A DNA stretch of 64,000 nt from Camelus dromedarius (Eukaryota): contig NC_087444.1 of NCBI RefSeq assembly GCF_036321535.1, forward strand, positions 69,998,001 through 70,062,000, in the 5' to 3' direction. The translations under genes and the position numbers were made by a program. The notes under the pieces are model-generated. The model made no database searches. It was not told where the DNA came from and saw only the letters and a program-made list of their open reading frames with translations. Positions within the stretch are counted from its first letter, which is position 1. Every line of letters begins with the position of its first letter. Below, piece after piece: positions 33,546 to 45,067 of the stretch.

Positions 33546-35399
33546 CCTGTCACATGATCCAGAGGGTATGCTTCCTTGCACTGTCACTGTCCAGAGAGCA
33601 CACGCACACACACACACATGCACAGGCACAGTCACAGAAAGGGAGGTGACTGGGCTGTGATGTGAGCCTCTCTCTACCACCACCCCCAACCCCTCTGGGC
33701 AGCCTGGCATGGACAGGCAATGTGGGAAGGAGTGGGCGGCTGAGAGTCCCAAGGGACAGCTGCCCACTCTGCTCTGCACCCCAGGCCTGCCAGGTATAGC
33801 CATCTCCCCAGATCCTGGCAGGGAACAGGCAGGGGCACGTCTGGGGCAAGAGCTCATACCCAATGCTGCCACGGGGCCGTGCATAAGCACACGCACGCGC
33901 ACAAACACACACACACAGACACACACGTCATCACACAGTGGGACACAGACCGGCACCCCAGGGTTTCCCTGTCCCACTGGATGGGAGCCTGCCCCTCCCC
34001 CCACAGCACCCAGCGTGATACCCAAAAGCCCAGCCCCCGCTTCTGGCCTGCGTGCATCCCCGCCCTGGCTAGGCTGGCTCTGGCAGGGTGGCTGAGCTGA
34101 CTGGACCCCCCTTGCCCCCAAATATGCCCTCAGACTCCAGGTGGGGGTAAGTGGGAGAAGGTCAAAGAAAGCAGGACAAGCCCAGCAGGCCAACCTCACC
34201 CACTTCCTGAACAGTCATTACTGCCCGCCCCCTTTCAAGCTGCCCTGAGAAAAGAGAAGGGAAAAAACTTTACTCTGAAGTGACTAAGAGAACCTGAGAG
34301 GCCAAAAAGGGGGCCTCTGGGAGGGTTGGGAGACCCAGGACCATAAGCCAAACACAATCTGAGGCACCCCTGACTCAGTCTTCAGGCTCCCACGGTACCC
34401 GTGACCTCATGTTCTCCCACTTGGGGCCTGCTGCTCCTTTGGTTCCTACAATCCCAGGCTGCCCTTTCTCTGAGCCAATCCTGGGGTCTTCATAGGCAGA
34501 GGCTGGAGGGCCTGGAGCTTCTCACACTGGGGCAGGCACCCAAGTGCCTGGGAGTTGGGCAGCCAGCCCCACCACCTTCTCCCCACTGACCCGCTGGGCC
34601 ACCATCCTGGGGGCTGACATCCGGCCCCAACACAAACCTTTGCATACCCCACCCAGGGCCTACAACCACACTGCCTGGCACCCCTGGACCCTGCTGCCTG
34701 GCCCAGCCTCTTCACACCAGAAGCCAAGCCTCTTTCTTTCCACTGGGGCCTAGTCTCTTCCTGTCCACTCCTCTCTGGATAACTCCCACTCCTCACTGGA
34801 TAATTCCCACCCTGTGGGCCCTCACCTCCCTCAGAATCTGAGCAGTAACTCCTGTGAAGCCCAGGCTGACCCAGGCTCTTCAGGGTCTCATGTCCTCCCC
34901 TCCCATCAAGCCTCCTGGCACCAGCTTCTCTGCCACTCTCTCTCCATCCTGTTAACATCTCTATCTTTACCTCTCTCTTCACAGGCCCTAGGCCCCCTCC
35001 TCAATAACCCTCTCCTTGTCACCCTCAACTATCTCTGTCACCTCTTTCTCCCAGTCACTCTCATGTCNNNNNNNNNNNNNNNNNNNNNNNNNNNNNNNNN
35101 NNNNNNNNNNNNNNNNNNNNNNNNNNNNNNNNNNNNNNNNNNNNNNNNNNNNNNNNNNNNNNNNNNNNNNNNNNNNNNNNNNNNNNNNNNNNNNNNNNNT
35201 CCTTGTCACCTTTTTTCAGCCACTCCTTCTCCCCACCACTTCCTCCACTCTGCGCCCCTTCCCACCATCCCACTCACCCCTTTTCCCCTGTACCCCTCCC
35301 CGTCTCTGCCACCTGTCCCCTCTCGGCCCCCAGCACCCCAAATCCCCCCTGCCCGTGTCAGCCCTGGCCCCGCCCCTCACCTCGGGCTCAGCGGGGTTT

Positions 35400-36600
35400 C
35401 GGNNNNNNNNNNNNNNNNNNNNNNNNNNNNNNNNNNNNNNNNNNNNNNNNNNNNNNNNNNNNNNNNNNNNNNNNNNNNNNNNNNNNNNNNNNNNNNNNNN
35501 NNNNNNNNNNNNNNNNNNNNNNNNNNNNNNNNNNNNNNNNNNNNNNNNNNNNNNNNNCCCGCTGACCGGCGCCGTCCTAGGCCAATAGATATTCGGAGCC
35601 TCGTCGGCTCCGCCTCTCAACGACGAGCGACGTTTACCACAACCAATCGCGCCCACCCGGCAGCGCTAGGGGGAGGAGCCAAAGCCCAAGATCAGCCTCC
35701 CTCTGGGACCGACACCAACCTGAGCCTACGACCGCCTGATCAGCCTAGGTTCCTGCCCTACAACAAGCGATGGACACCAGTATTGACCAATCGCGAGCCG
35801 CCTTAGTGCCGAATGACGAATACAGTACCCAGTAACCTTGCACTCTAGGCCGGAACCAGCCTCTGTGAGGGACAGTAGCCAGTGAAATGCAAGGAGGAGG
35901 GGCTAAGGGTAGGGCTCTCCAATCAACAGGCTTAGAAGGCGTGGCCTGAGCGTTTGTTGACCGGCTAGTCGCAATTCCTGCTGGGAGTGGTAGTCTTCTT
36001 ACGTCTCCGGCCCATAGTAAACAGTACGTGGCAGACTACAACTCCCATGTGACAGAGTGCCTGGAGCTCCAAAGAACCCGTGCGAGGAGAAAAAGTCGAA
36101 AGAGCAGTTCCTCGTAAGTCTCTCTGGACCCCAGGAGCATTTTAGACCCAGGGCCCCGACTCACCCGGATTCCCGGCTCTGGCGTCGCCGCTGGCTTCTC
36201 TCAGTGGCGGCGGCAGCGGCACGAGGGGGAGGTGCGAGGAGCAACCAACCGCCACCCGCGAGCCCCGCAGCCAATCAGCAGCGGTCGGGGCGGCGCAATG
36301 ACCTCACCGGGTTCTACTCTCTTACCCCTCCCCCACGTGGTTGTTGCTGCTGGTAGCCGGGAGTAGGGAAGTTTGGGGTAGGAGGGGGAGGGGAGAACAA
36401 GTGATGTCACCTTTCCCCCGCTTGATTGGCTGCCGGGTGGCCGGGACTACAACCAATCAATAGTCTCAGAAAGTCTGGCGCGGCCTCGCGGAAAGCCTTG
36501 TTGCCACCGGGAGGGAAAGGAACGTGCGCTTGTTGGGTGGCGCGCGCTGCAGAGTAGTCAAGGCGCTCGGCCTGGGGTTTGGTGGCTCTGGGGACAGTCA
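35400..36600 (-). promoter_or_regulatory. CIC-L promoter region (CpG island, multiple CCAAT boxes, two ACTACA-TCCCA/ZNF143-type sites)
   Basis: CCAAT occurs at about 35582, 35643, 35788, 35919, 36271, 36425 (reverse) and 36453. GACTACCACTCCCAG lies at 35995-35981 (-) and GACTACAACTCCCA at 36034-36047 (+). The first exon is probably inside N-run 35403-35557. Confidence 0.7.
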
Positions 36601-38049
36601 CTTCCTCCAAGACTTTGGCATTTGGGACAACGCAGTTTATTGACAATCCCCCCTAGTTATGAGGGGAAGGTAGGAAATGGGGAAATGCGGCGCTTTTTTA
36701 GCTTAACACTACATTCCGTGAAGAGCTACACTTTAGGGGTGTTCACACCTGGCAGGAGCAAGATTTTTTTTTTTAGGTGGGGGATCATACTGGGAATGGG
36801 GAGGAGAGCCATATGCCCTGTCAGTAGTAGATTCCTGCTGAACAGATACGGGGTTCACACCTGGCAGTGCATCCATGCTCTCTGCATTGCATTTGCCCTG
36901 GGAGTAATGGACTTTAGGGGAGTCACCTCCTGCGTCTGATGGATTCCCAGTATCCACACGGGATTCATACCAGGTGTAAAGAAAATGCACCCAGCAGGGC
37001 CTTACTGCCTGTAATACACTTCCGGTGAGCCTCCCAGCAAGAAATAAATGTCAGTTGTCCAACGGGATTCACTGAATATAAAAGATTCACATTATCCATA
37101 AGAGTCACATTGTCTGCTGTCCATAGAAGATTTGCCTTGATAGTGAGGGAAATTTCACTGTCTACAAGAAGTTCACACTGGAAAGGAATCTTACACTATT
37201 ACTTATGCTATTATATTGACATACTATCTAATACTATCATATTATTACTACTATTTTAATATTTTAAAAGAGAGTTTGCACTTGCATGAGTGGGCCCTAA
37301 GATGAGGGAAATTTTACAGGGCAGTTTATACTGTGCACGTTGGGTGGCTGCTGGGTCTGAGGAAAGTTTATACTCATCAGAGAGTTCCAGCTGCCCACTT
37401 AGGGATGGCCTTGGAGAAAGGTTCCTGCTGTCCCATAAGGGGTTCACAGCAGCTACAGAAAGTTCCCCAAGCATGGAGATATTCATGTCCATGTTAACTT
37501 TGTCATGGATATGAAAGAGATTATACTGTCCATGGGGAGGCACATGCTGGGTGAAAGTTTGCATTGCCCATGGGAGCTTACGATGCGTTGAGGGAAGATT
37601 TCCATTGATTGGGATAATGTTTCATGTTCCACAGTTTACAACAGGTGTGAGGGAGAATTAGACTCAGTGGGCAGACCTGTACTCTCCACGAATGAATTCA
37701 TCCTGCCTAGGGAACACTCTGCTGTAGTAAAAGGGGGTCTCTACTGTCTGTTCAGAATTGTCTCTGGCTGTGATGTGTTTTTCATGTCCACAGAGGGATT
37801 CCCACTGCTATTCAAGTTACACTGTGCATCAAGGAGACCAGTCTGTGGGAGCTCACACTGTCCAAGGCCTATATCACCTGTCATTGAGGAAAGGTGTGCA
37901 CAGGGACCTGTACCCTGCCCCTGGAAGAATTACATAAAATGTAGTTAACTTAGTTACACAGTTCATTGAAATTACACTGTCATGTGGAGTTGGGGGGGGG
38001 GCAGGGGTGGTGCAGTGAGGTTGCAGGAAGCAGAATAACACAAGCTTAG

Positions 38050-38260
38050 CCAGGCTGCTCAGGGTCAAACCCAGCTGGGCTTCTTCCCAATTGTGTGACC
38101 TTGGGCAAGTCACTTAAACCCCCTGTGCCTCAATTTCTACATCGGTAAGAGGATAATATTTTTTAACCCTATGGCATAGGCTTGTTATGAAGATATAATT
38201 AGTTAAGATGTGCAAAGCATATAGGTCAGTGTCTCTAGCCGAATAGATCCTCAAAAATGT
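38050..38260 (+). mobile_element. MIR SINE
   Basis: The sequence includes GTGTGACCTTGGGCAAGTCACTTAAACCCCCTGTGCCTCAATTTC. Confidence 0.75.
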
Positions 38261-38484
38261 TAACTCTTGTTGTGATTATTATTATTCAGAAGTTTATCAC
38301 TACCTGAAGAGTTTATGCTGTCACAATCTTACTGGTAACCTTGTCCATAGTTTGTATGTGTTGTGGTGGTGCTAGTGGTGATGATTTTTAGAAGGATTCT
38401 AGGGTTCAGCATATCTGTGGGGCACTTATCAATCTGTCAGGAGGCATTATGGTCCAGTGCTTGATGTCTCAGCTGTGACTATTC

Positions 38485-38524
38485 TTTTGTTTGTTTTTGT
38501 TTTGGGGGAGGTAATTAGGTTTGT

Positions 38525-38580
<56 letters not shown>

Positions 38581-38645
38581 TAGAGGTAATGAACCCAGGA
38601 CCTCGTTCGTGCTAGGCAAGCACTCTACCACTAAGCTATACCTTG
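38485..38645 (-). mobile_element. tRNA-derived camelid-type SINE with a (TTTA)n tail microsatellite
   Basis: This is the reverse complement of GGTATAGCTTAGTGGTAGAG...GAGGTCCTGGGTTC...AAATAAACAAACCTAATTACCTCCCCC. (TTTA)n spans about 38524-38578. Confidence 0.8.
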
Positions 38646-38942
38646 ACCTCCCCAGCTGTCATGATTTTTAGCTGTGTAACTTTGGACCTGTAACCTCTCT
38701 CAGTCTCACTCTCCTCACCTGAAAAATGGGGATCATTAGAATATGTACCTCATAAAGTTAAGGTGAGGATGAAATGAGATGCCTTGCATATCATAAGTGC
38801 TCAGTAAATAGGAGTGTTGGTTTTTATGTGACCCATCCTGCATTGGACTCTAGGAAACCTCTATCATTTAAGAATTCACCATTTCTTGGCCTTTATTTGG
38901 GGCCTATTGTCAGTGATGGGTTACACTGCCCTTCAGAGAGTC

Positions 38943-38946
38943 GTGT

Positions 38947-39003
<57 letters not shown>
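38943..39003. repeat. (TG)n microsatellite, about 30 units
   Basis: Read directly from the sequence. Confidence 0.97.
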
Positions 39004-39005
<2 letters not shown>

Positions 39006-39185
39006 GAATGGGGTTGAATACTTTTCATTTTGGTGAAGGGGGGTTAATATAATTGTATGAAAGTTATAGAAGCCCAGAGGGTTATTTTTTTTTAATGTTA
39101 ATAGTCTTTCAACTTTATTGAATCTTTTTTGTAACTCTGCTACCAGTTAAAGTTCAGACACATGTAATAGAAATCTAAACAACAC

Positions 39186-39785
39186 CATCGACAAATGACT
39201 GGATAAAGAAGCTGTGGTATATTTATACAATGGAATACTACCCAGACATAAAAAAGATAAAATAACACCATTTGCAGCCACATGGATGGACCTAGAGATT
39301 ATCATTCTAAGTGAAATAAGCCAGAAAGAGAAAGAAAAATACCATATGATACCACTCATATGTGGAATCTAAAAAAAGAAAAGAAGAGGACACTAATGAA
39401 CTCATCTACAAAACAGAAACAGACTCGCAGACGTAGTACACAATCTTATGGTTACCAGGAAAAAGGGGATAGTAAGGGATAAATTTGGGAATTTGAGATT
39501 GGCAAATGTTAGCCACTATATATAAAAATAGATTAAAAAATTTCTTCTGTATAGTACCGGGAAAAATTCTTCTATATAGCACATATATTCAATATGTTAC
39601 AATAACCTTTAATGAAAAAGAATATGAAAACAAATATATGTAAGACTGGGACAATGTGCTGTATACCAGAAATTGACACATTGTAAGTGATTGTACTTCA
39701 ATAGTTAGATGGATAGATAGGTAGACAAATAAATAAATAAATAAAATTAATGATCACTAAAAAAAAAAAAGGAAAGGAAAAAAAG
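39186..39785 (+). mobile_element. 5'-truncated LINE-1 with 16-bp TSD
   Basis: The L1 ORF2 end/3'UTR (GATAAAGAAGCTGTGGTATAT...GGATGGACCTAGAG) is followed by an A-rich tail. The TSD AGAAATCYAAACAACA lies at 39169-39184 and 39786-39801. Confidence 0.88.
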
Positions 39786-40076
39786 AGAAATCCAAACAAC
39801 AGTGGCTTAAACAAAATAGAGATGTATTTTCCTCTTACATCTGAAGAGAGTGAGTCACCTCATCTTTTCAGTCATACTTAGTTCCTCTATCTCAGTGGCT
39901 GCTGAAGCTCTTGACATTGGTTCCAAGTTCCAAGCAAGGATATGGGATGTAAGGGGTTGATATTTTGAATCTTTTTCCTTTCAGAAGCTTTTGTGCAAGC
40001 CTCACTCAATCCATGATTTATATCTTTTTGGCCAGGTGTGTTCTTTGGCCACCTCTATTTGAGCCGAGAGGGTTTA

Positions 40077-40997
40077 TTATTATATTTTTATTTTTTATTT
40101 TTTGTTTTTTAATTTTTAATTCTTAATTGAAGTATAGTTGATTTACAATGTTGTGTTAGTTTCTGGTGTACAGCAAAGTATTTGTATACATAAAATTCAT
40201 TTTTATATTCTTTTCCATTATAGTTTGTTACAAGATATTGAGTATAGTTCCCTGTGCTTTACAGTAGGACCCTGTTGTTTATCTGTTCTGTACGTAGTAG
40301 TTTGTATCTGCCAATCCCAAACTCCCAATTTATCCCTCCACCTGCCTCTCCCCACTGGTAACCATGTTTGTTTTCTATGTCTGTGAGTCTGTTTCTGTTT
40401 TGTAAATAAGTCATTTTAAAATTTTTTTATTTATGAAAAAATTTTTAATTATTATTTTTAAAGGAGGTATTGGGGATTGAACCCAGGACCTCATGCATGC
40501 TAAGTATGTGCTCTGTCACTGAGCTATACCCAGCCCTTGTGTCATTTTTTTAGATTCCATGTATAAGTAATACCATATAATGTTTGTATTTCTCTGTCTG
40601 ACTTACTTCACTTAGAATGATAATGTCTAGGTCCAACCATGTTGCTGCAAATGGCATTATTTCATTCTCTTTTATTGCTGAATAATAGTCCATTATGTGT
40701 GGGTGTGTGTTTATATATACCCCACATTTTCTTTATCCATTTGTCTGTTGATGGGCATTTAGGTTGCTTCCATGTCTTGGCTATTGTAAACAGTGCTGCT
40801 ATGAACATTGGGGTGCATGTATGTTTTTGAATTAGACTTTTCTCCAGATATATGCCCAGGAGTGGGATTGCTGGATCATATGGCAACTCTACTTTTAGTT
40901 TTTTTATTTAAGTAAACCTCTGTACTATTTTCCATAGTGGCGGTACCAATTTACATTCCCAGAAACAATATAAGAGGTTTCCCTTTTCTCCACACCT
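40077..40997 (-). mobile_element. LINE-1 3' fragment (antisense) with a nested SINE
   Basis: A T-rich tail is followed by TTGAAGTATAGTTGATTTACAATG...GGGATTGCTGGATCATATGG. A probable degenerate TSD GAGYCSAGAGGGTTT lies at 40061-40075 and 40998-41012. Confidence 0.85.
40420..40535 (-). mobile_element. tRNA-derived camelid-type SINE inserted in L1
   Basis: The sequence GGGGATTGAACCCAGGACCTCATGCATGCTAAG...CACTGAGCTATACCC is the antisense SINE head. Confidence 0.8.
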
Positions 40998-41850
40998 GAG
41001 TCCAGAGGGTTTAAATGGAACAGGGAGTTTTTTCTCTGTCTATGGGAAAGGGCTACATTATCCATGACTTAATAAAGCTGATGGTGATTTTGGGGTTTAT
41101 TGCACCCACTGGTTGAGTCTACACTATTCATAGAGTGGTCCACCCAAGTAGGTGGCACTGTCCATGTGGGTGCACAATGCCCATAGGCTATACTGCATGA
41201 TGCCATGCTGACTATGCAGCTCTACTTCACATGGAGTCACACTGCTTAGTGAGGCGACCCTGTTTATTTGCTTCTCTACACCATGCATGTGAGGTTTACC
41301 CTGGTTGTGGGAATTGACCCTGCTGCTGGAGGAGTTCACACAATTTAAACAAGTTATGTCACCTCTATGGTAGAGCACACTAATGAGGGGACAAGCCATG
41401 TGATGGGGGTACAAATTGTTTATTTGCCTTCTCACCATCTATATGGGGCTCACACTGTTATTAGAATTACAGTGCCTATACGGGGTTACACCATTTACGT
41501 GGGTTGACCTGCTGTATACAGCCCACACAGTTTATGGAGGTTGTATGGTCTGTATGGGGTTCAGATCATTTATGAGGGTTACCTTATCTGTATGAGGTTT
41601 TTGAGGGTCATGCTGCCTATATTGGGGCCCACACTGGTTTTGAGCATCACACTGTTTGAGGTTTATACTGTCCATACAAGAGTTACACTGGGTATAGGGT
41701 TTACAACAATTATGGATATTGCACTGTCTGACTGTGGGGTTATGCCAGCCGTATGTGGACTCAGTTCACTTCAGCAGATACGTATTACCAGCCTACTCTA
41801 TGACAGACTCTGTTCTAGGCACTGGTGATAGAGCAGTGAAGAATGCAGAT

Positions 41851-41981
41851 TAGGGGGAAGGGTATAGCTCAAGTAGTAGAATATGTGCTTAGCATGCAGG
41901 AGGTCCTGGGTTCAATCCCCAGCACCTCCTCTAAAAATAAGTAAATAAACCTAATTACCTACCCCCCTCAAAAAACAATAA
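41851..41981 (+). mobile_element. tRNA-derived camelid-type SINE with 12-bp TSD
   Basis: The element reads GGGGAAGGGTATAGCTCAAGTAGTAG...GGTCCTGGGTTCAATCCCCAG...AAATAAACCTAATTACC. The TSD AAGAATGCAGAT lies at 41839-41850 and 41982-41993. Confidence 0.9.
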
Positions 41982-42239
41982 AAGAATGCAGATCAAGTAA
42001 ATCCCTGTCTTTGTGGAGATGGCATTCAGTAGGACAAGTGCACTTTTTATGGAAGTTTCCCTCTTTATGGGATTCACATCAGGATTCATACTTTAGGGGG
42101 TTACACTGGCATCAGTCCAGGAGGGTTTCTCTGTGTGTTTGGGGCTTCATTTATTGGTATTACATTGGGCATAAGGGGGTTTGCTGTCCAAAGATTGAGC
42201 TTATTCGTTCATTATTGATTGTCATGCTCTGGGGATACT

Positions 42240-43310
42240 ATAGGCAACAAAACAGGCAAAACCCCCTACCTTCTTAGAGGTGACATTATGGAGGAGGGAT
42301 TCAGATGACAAGCAAATACATTATGGAAACACATGTCACATGATCAGTGCTATAGAGAAAAATAGTGCATAAAAGGGACAAAGGGATCTCGGAATGCGGC
42401 TGAAATTTAAAATATAGTCGTCAGGCAGGGTCTTCCTGGGAAGGTGGTTTTTGAGTAAAAACCTGAAGGGCGTGAGGGACGAACTATGCAGACCTCTGAG
42501 GGAAAAGCCTTCCAGGCAGATGGAATAACATGGGCAAAATCCCCGAGGGAGGAATATGCCTGGCATAGTCAAGAAATAGCGGAGAGACTGGAGTGAAGTT
42601 GGAGAAGACACGAAGGAGAAAGGTGGGAAGTGAGGTCGGGAAGGAAGGGCCTTGCAAGCAAGGAGTGGTAAAAGCCAGGAGTTGGCTTCTACTCCCGGTG
42701 AGCAGAGGGGCTGCTGGAGGGTTTAAGGCAGCAAAGGGATGCCCCTCTGATTTACTAGAATCCTTCTGGCTGCAGGTAGAGCAGACTGTAGAGGCCAGTG
42801 GCAGCAGGGAGACCAGTGAACAGACCCCAGACCAGGGTGGGCATGACGAAGAGTAGCTGATTCTGAAATAGCTGAAGGTAGAGCTGATGGGAGTTTCTCT
42901 CAGATTGGATGCTGGAAGAGAGAAAGGAGTCGAGGATGACTCCAAGCTGTTCAGCCTGAGCAACCAGCAAAATGGAGTTGCAGTTTCTTGAGATGGGGAA
43001 GATGAGGGTGGGGGACAGTCTGGAGGAGCTCAGGAAGACCATTTGGACTTGGCAAACTTAAGAAATCTAAGTGGAGACGCTGGTGGAAGCAATTCAATGT
43101 GCAAGATTGGAGTTCAGGGGAGAGTTCTGAGTTGCAGATAGAAATTTGGGTGCAATCAGCATAGAGATGGTATGTGAAACTGTGGGCCTGGCGGAGGTCA
43201 TCAAGGGAAGGGGTGTGGGTGGAGAAGAGGACCTGGGACTGAGCCCTGGGGCTGCTCTACATTTCAAGTCAGGGAGATGACAGAGGATGATATAAGGTGG
43301 TGACATTTTC
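42240..43310. mobile_element. LINE-2 remnant
   Basis: Typical L2 3' motifs are present (GGAAAAGCCTTCCAGGCAGA..., GGATGACTCCAAG, TTTGGACTTG, GGAGACG...CTGGAGTTCAGGGGAGAG). Confidence 0.75.
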
Positions 43311-43950
43311 CATTTGGCAATGGCCACACTGCTTAGATGGCTATGCTATCCATATAAAGTGGATCATACTAAGGGAACTACAATGTTCATAGAGTAATAG
43401 TGGTTCATTATTGCTCAGATGGGTGATGGGGGGTTGTGATTATGATTTTTATCATCCACACAGTTTCCTTCCCAGGAGTGAACTCTGTGAAGAGTTGTGA
43501 CTTCTGTGGGGACAGGTTCTGTCCATGCCTTTGCCTGACAATAATAGGAGAAATGTTATCTGTGTCAGGACAGTAAACTGGAACAAGAACTTCTGCGTCC
43601 CTGGGAATGGGGGTGTCCTCACTGTCCAGACAGAGTTGTTCTCTCCATGCAGTTCTACACTATTCATCCCAGGCAAATCCTAGGTCTGTGAGAGGCTGTG
43701 ATTTTCACCCGACCCAGGGGCATTTGTGGGGACTTTCCATAGTGAACTGGGGAAAGGTGTGTGGGGGGGTCCTTGTTCATTGCAGTTGACATGGCCTTGG
43801 TGGGATGGTATGTCTTCAAGGAATGACCAGTGGTGATAAATAGTTTCCATCACAAGTTCATAACACCTTGGTGTTTCACACAGCAATGGTGGGGTTCACC
43901 ATCCTTGGGGGTGGCTTTTGGTGTTCACAAGGCAGTTGAACTATCCAAGA

Positions 43951-44050
43951 CACTGGCATGGGGTAGGGTATAGCTCAGTGGTAGAACATGTGCTTGGCAT
44001 GCATGAGGTCCTGGGCTCAATACCCAGTGCCTCTGTTAAGGGGAAAAAAA
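43951..44050 (+). mobile_element. Short tRNA-derived SINE with perfect 17-bp TSD
   Basis: The element reads GGGTATAGCTCAGTGGTAG...GAGGTCCTGGGCTCAATACCCAG. The TSD AGTTGAACTATCCAAGA lies at 43934-43950 and 44051-44067. Confidence 0.9.
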
Positions 44051-44576
44051 AGTTGAACTATCCAAGATGGTCCACATTTCTATGGTGGAGTCACACCCTG
44101 AGGGTTTATAATATCCATGAACAGGTCATTTTTATCAGGGACTCCCATTCTCTGTGGATGGTTAAGACTCTCCCATGAGGCATGCCCACCATCCATGCTT
44201 CTGTTTCATAGAATCAATGGGATTGACTTATCCAACTGTGGGATTGATTTATCCAACTGGGTCAAGGTAGGATTATGCCATTAACAGGCAATTTCACTGT
44301 CAATTCTATGTTCTACTGTTGGAGTCTGTAGGGTGAGGGTGCTTACATCATCCACCGGGTATATCGTTCACTCTGCTAATAATTATTACCAGTATTTATT
44401 GTGTACTTACATCAAATCTCTGATTTCTCACAATAGCCTAATCATGTAGGGCCTATTGGTAATCCCTATTTTACAGATGAGGAAACTGAAGCTCAAAGAG
44501 GTAAATTCACTTGCTCTTTGTCACATACAGGAAATAGCAGAGTTAGGGTTGCAACCCCTGTAGGGGTCACTGAGGC

Positions 44577-45067
44577 TGTTACTGAGTCCAAACTCATTCT
44601 GCTCACCAAACAATGGGCCAGTAAATTGGGAGACAAGGTATTGGGGCAAGGAAGAAGAACTTTATTCAGAAAGCCAGCAGACAGAGAAGATGGTGGACTA
44701 ATGTCCTAGAGAACCATCTTCCCTGAGTTTGAATTCAGGCTTCTTTTATACTAAAAGGGAAGAGGGTAAAGTCCTGTTTCCGGCCAGACCCTGAGGGGGA
44801 TGTGTTGATTTCTTCCTTTTGCAGGCATTTACTGGTGGACCTGGTCTGGATGCTTCCTTTGAGCTGAACAAAGGTACTTTAGCTTAATGCTCATTACCTG
44901 GCAGGCAAGGTTCCCAGAGATGGGCCATTACGTATAATCTAAGCTGCATGTATAATATAGGCAACATTCCTTTAGCGATTAACAAGTAATAGAATACAAA
45001 GTTTAAAGTAAAAGAAACAGATCTACTGTAGATTCAGATTTGTTCAGATTTGTTTTTCTCTATTACA
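44577..45067 (-). mobile_element. Solo LTR (ERV1-like), 491 bp
   Basis: It has TG...CA termini and a 4-bp TSD AGGC/AAGC. On the minus strand there is TATAAAA at 44750-44744 and AATAAA at 44666-44661. It sits next to, or interrupts, a MIR. Confidence 0.75.

Noticed and set aside
39069-41012. Third copy of a CCCAGAGGGTT-like sequence at about 39073, suggesting a triplicated target site
   Set aside because: The L1 at 39186-39785 has its own TSD, and the flanks look like one older LTR-like (MLT-type) remnant. The extra match is short and may be chance.
41851-44050. tRNA-like heads (GGTATAGCTCAGTGGTAGA...GGTTCAATCCC)
   Set aside because: They have A-rich tails and TSDs and lack a proper acceptor stem, so they are SINEs rather than tRNA genes.
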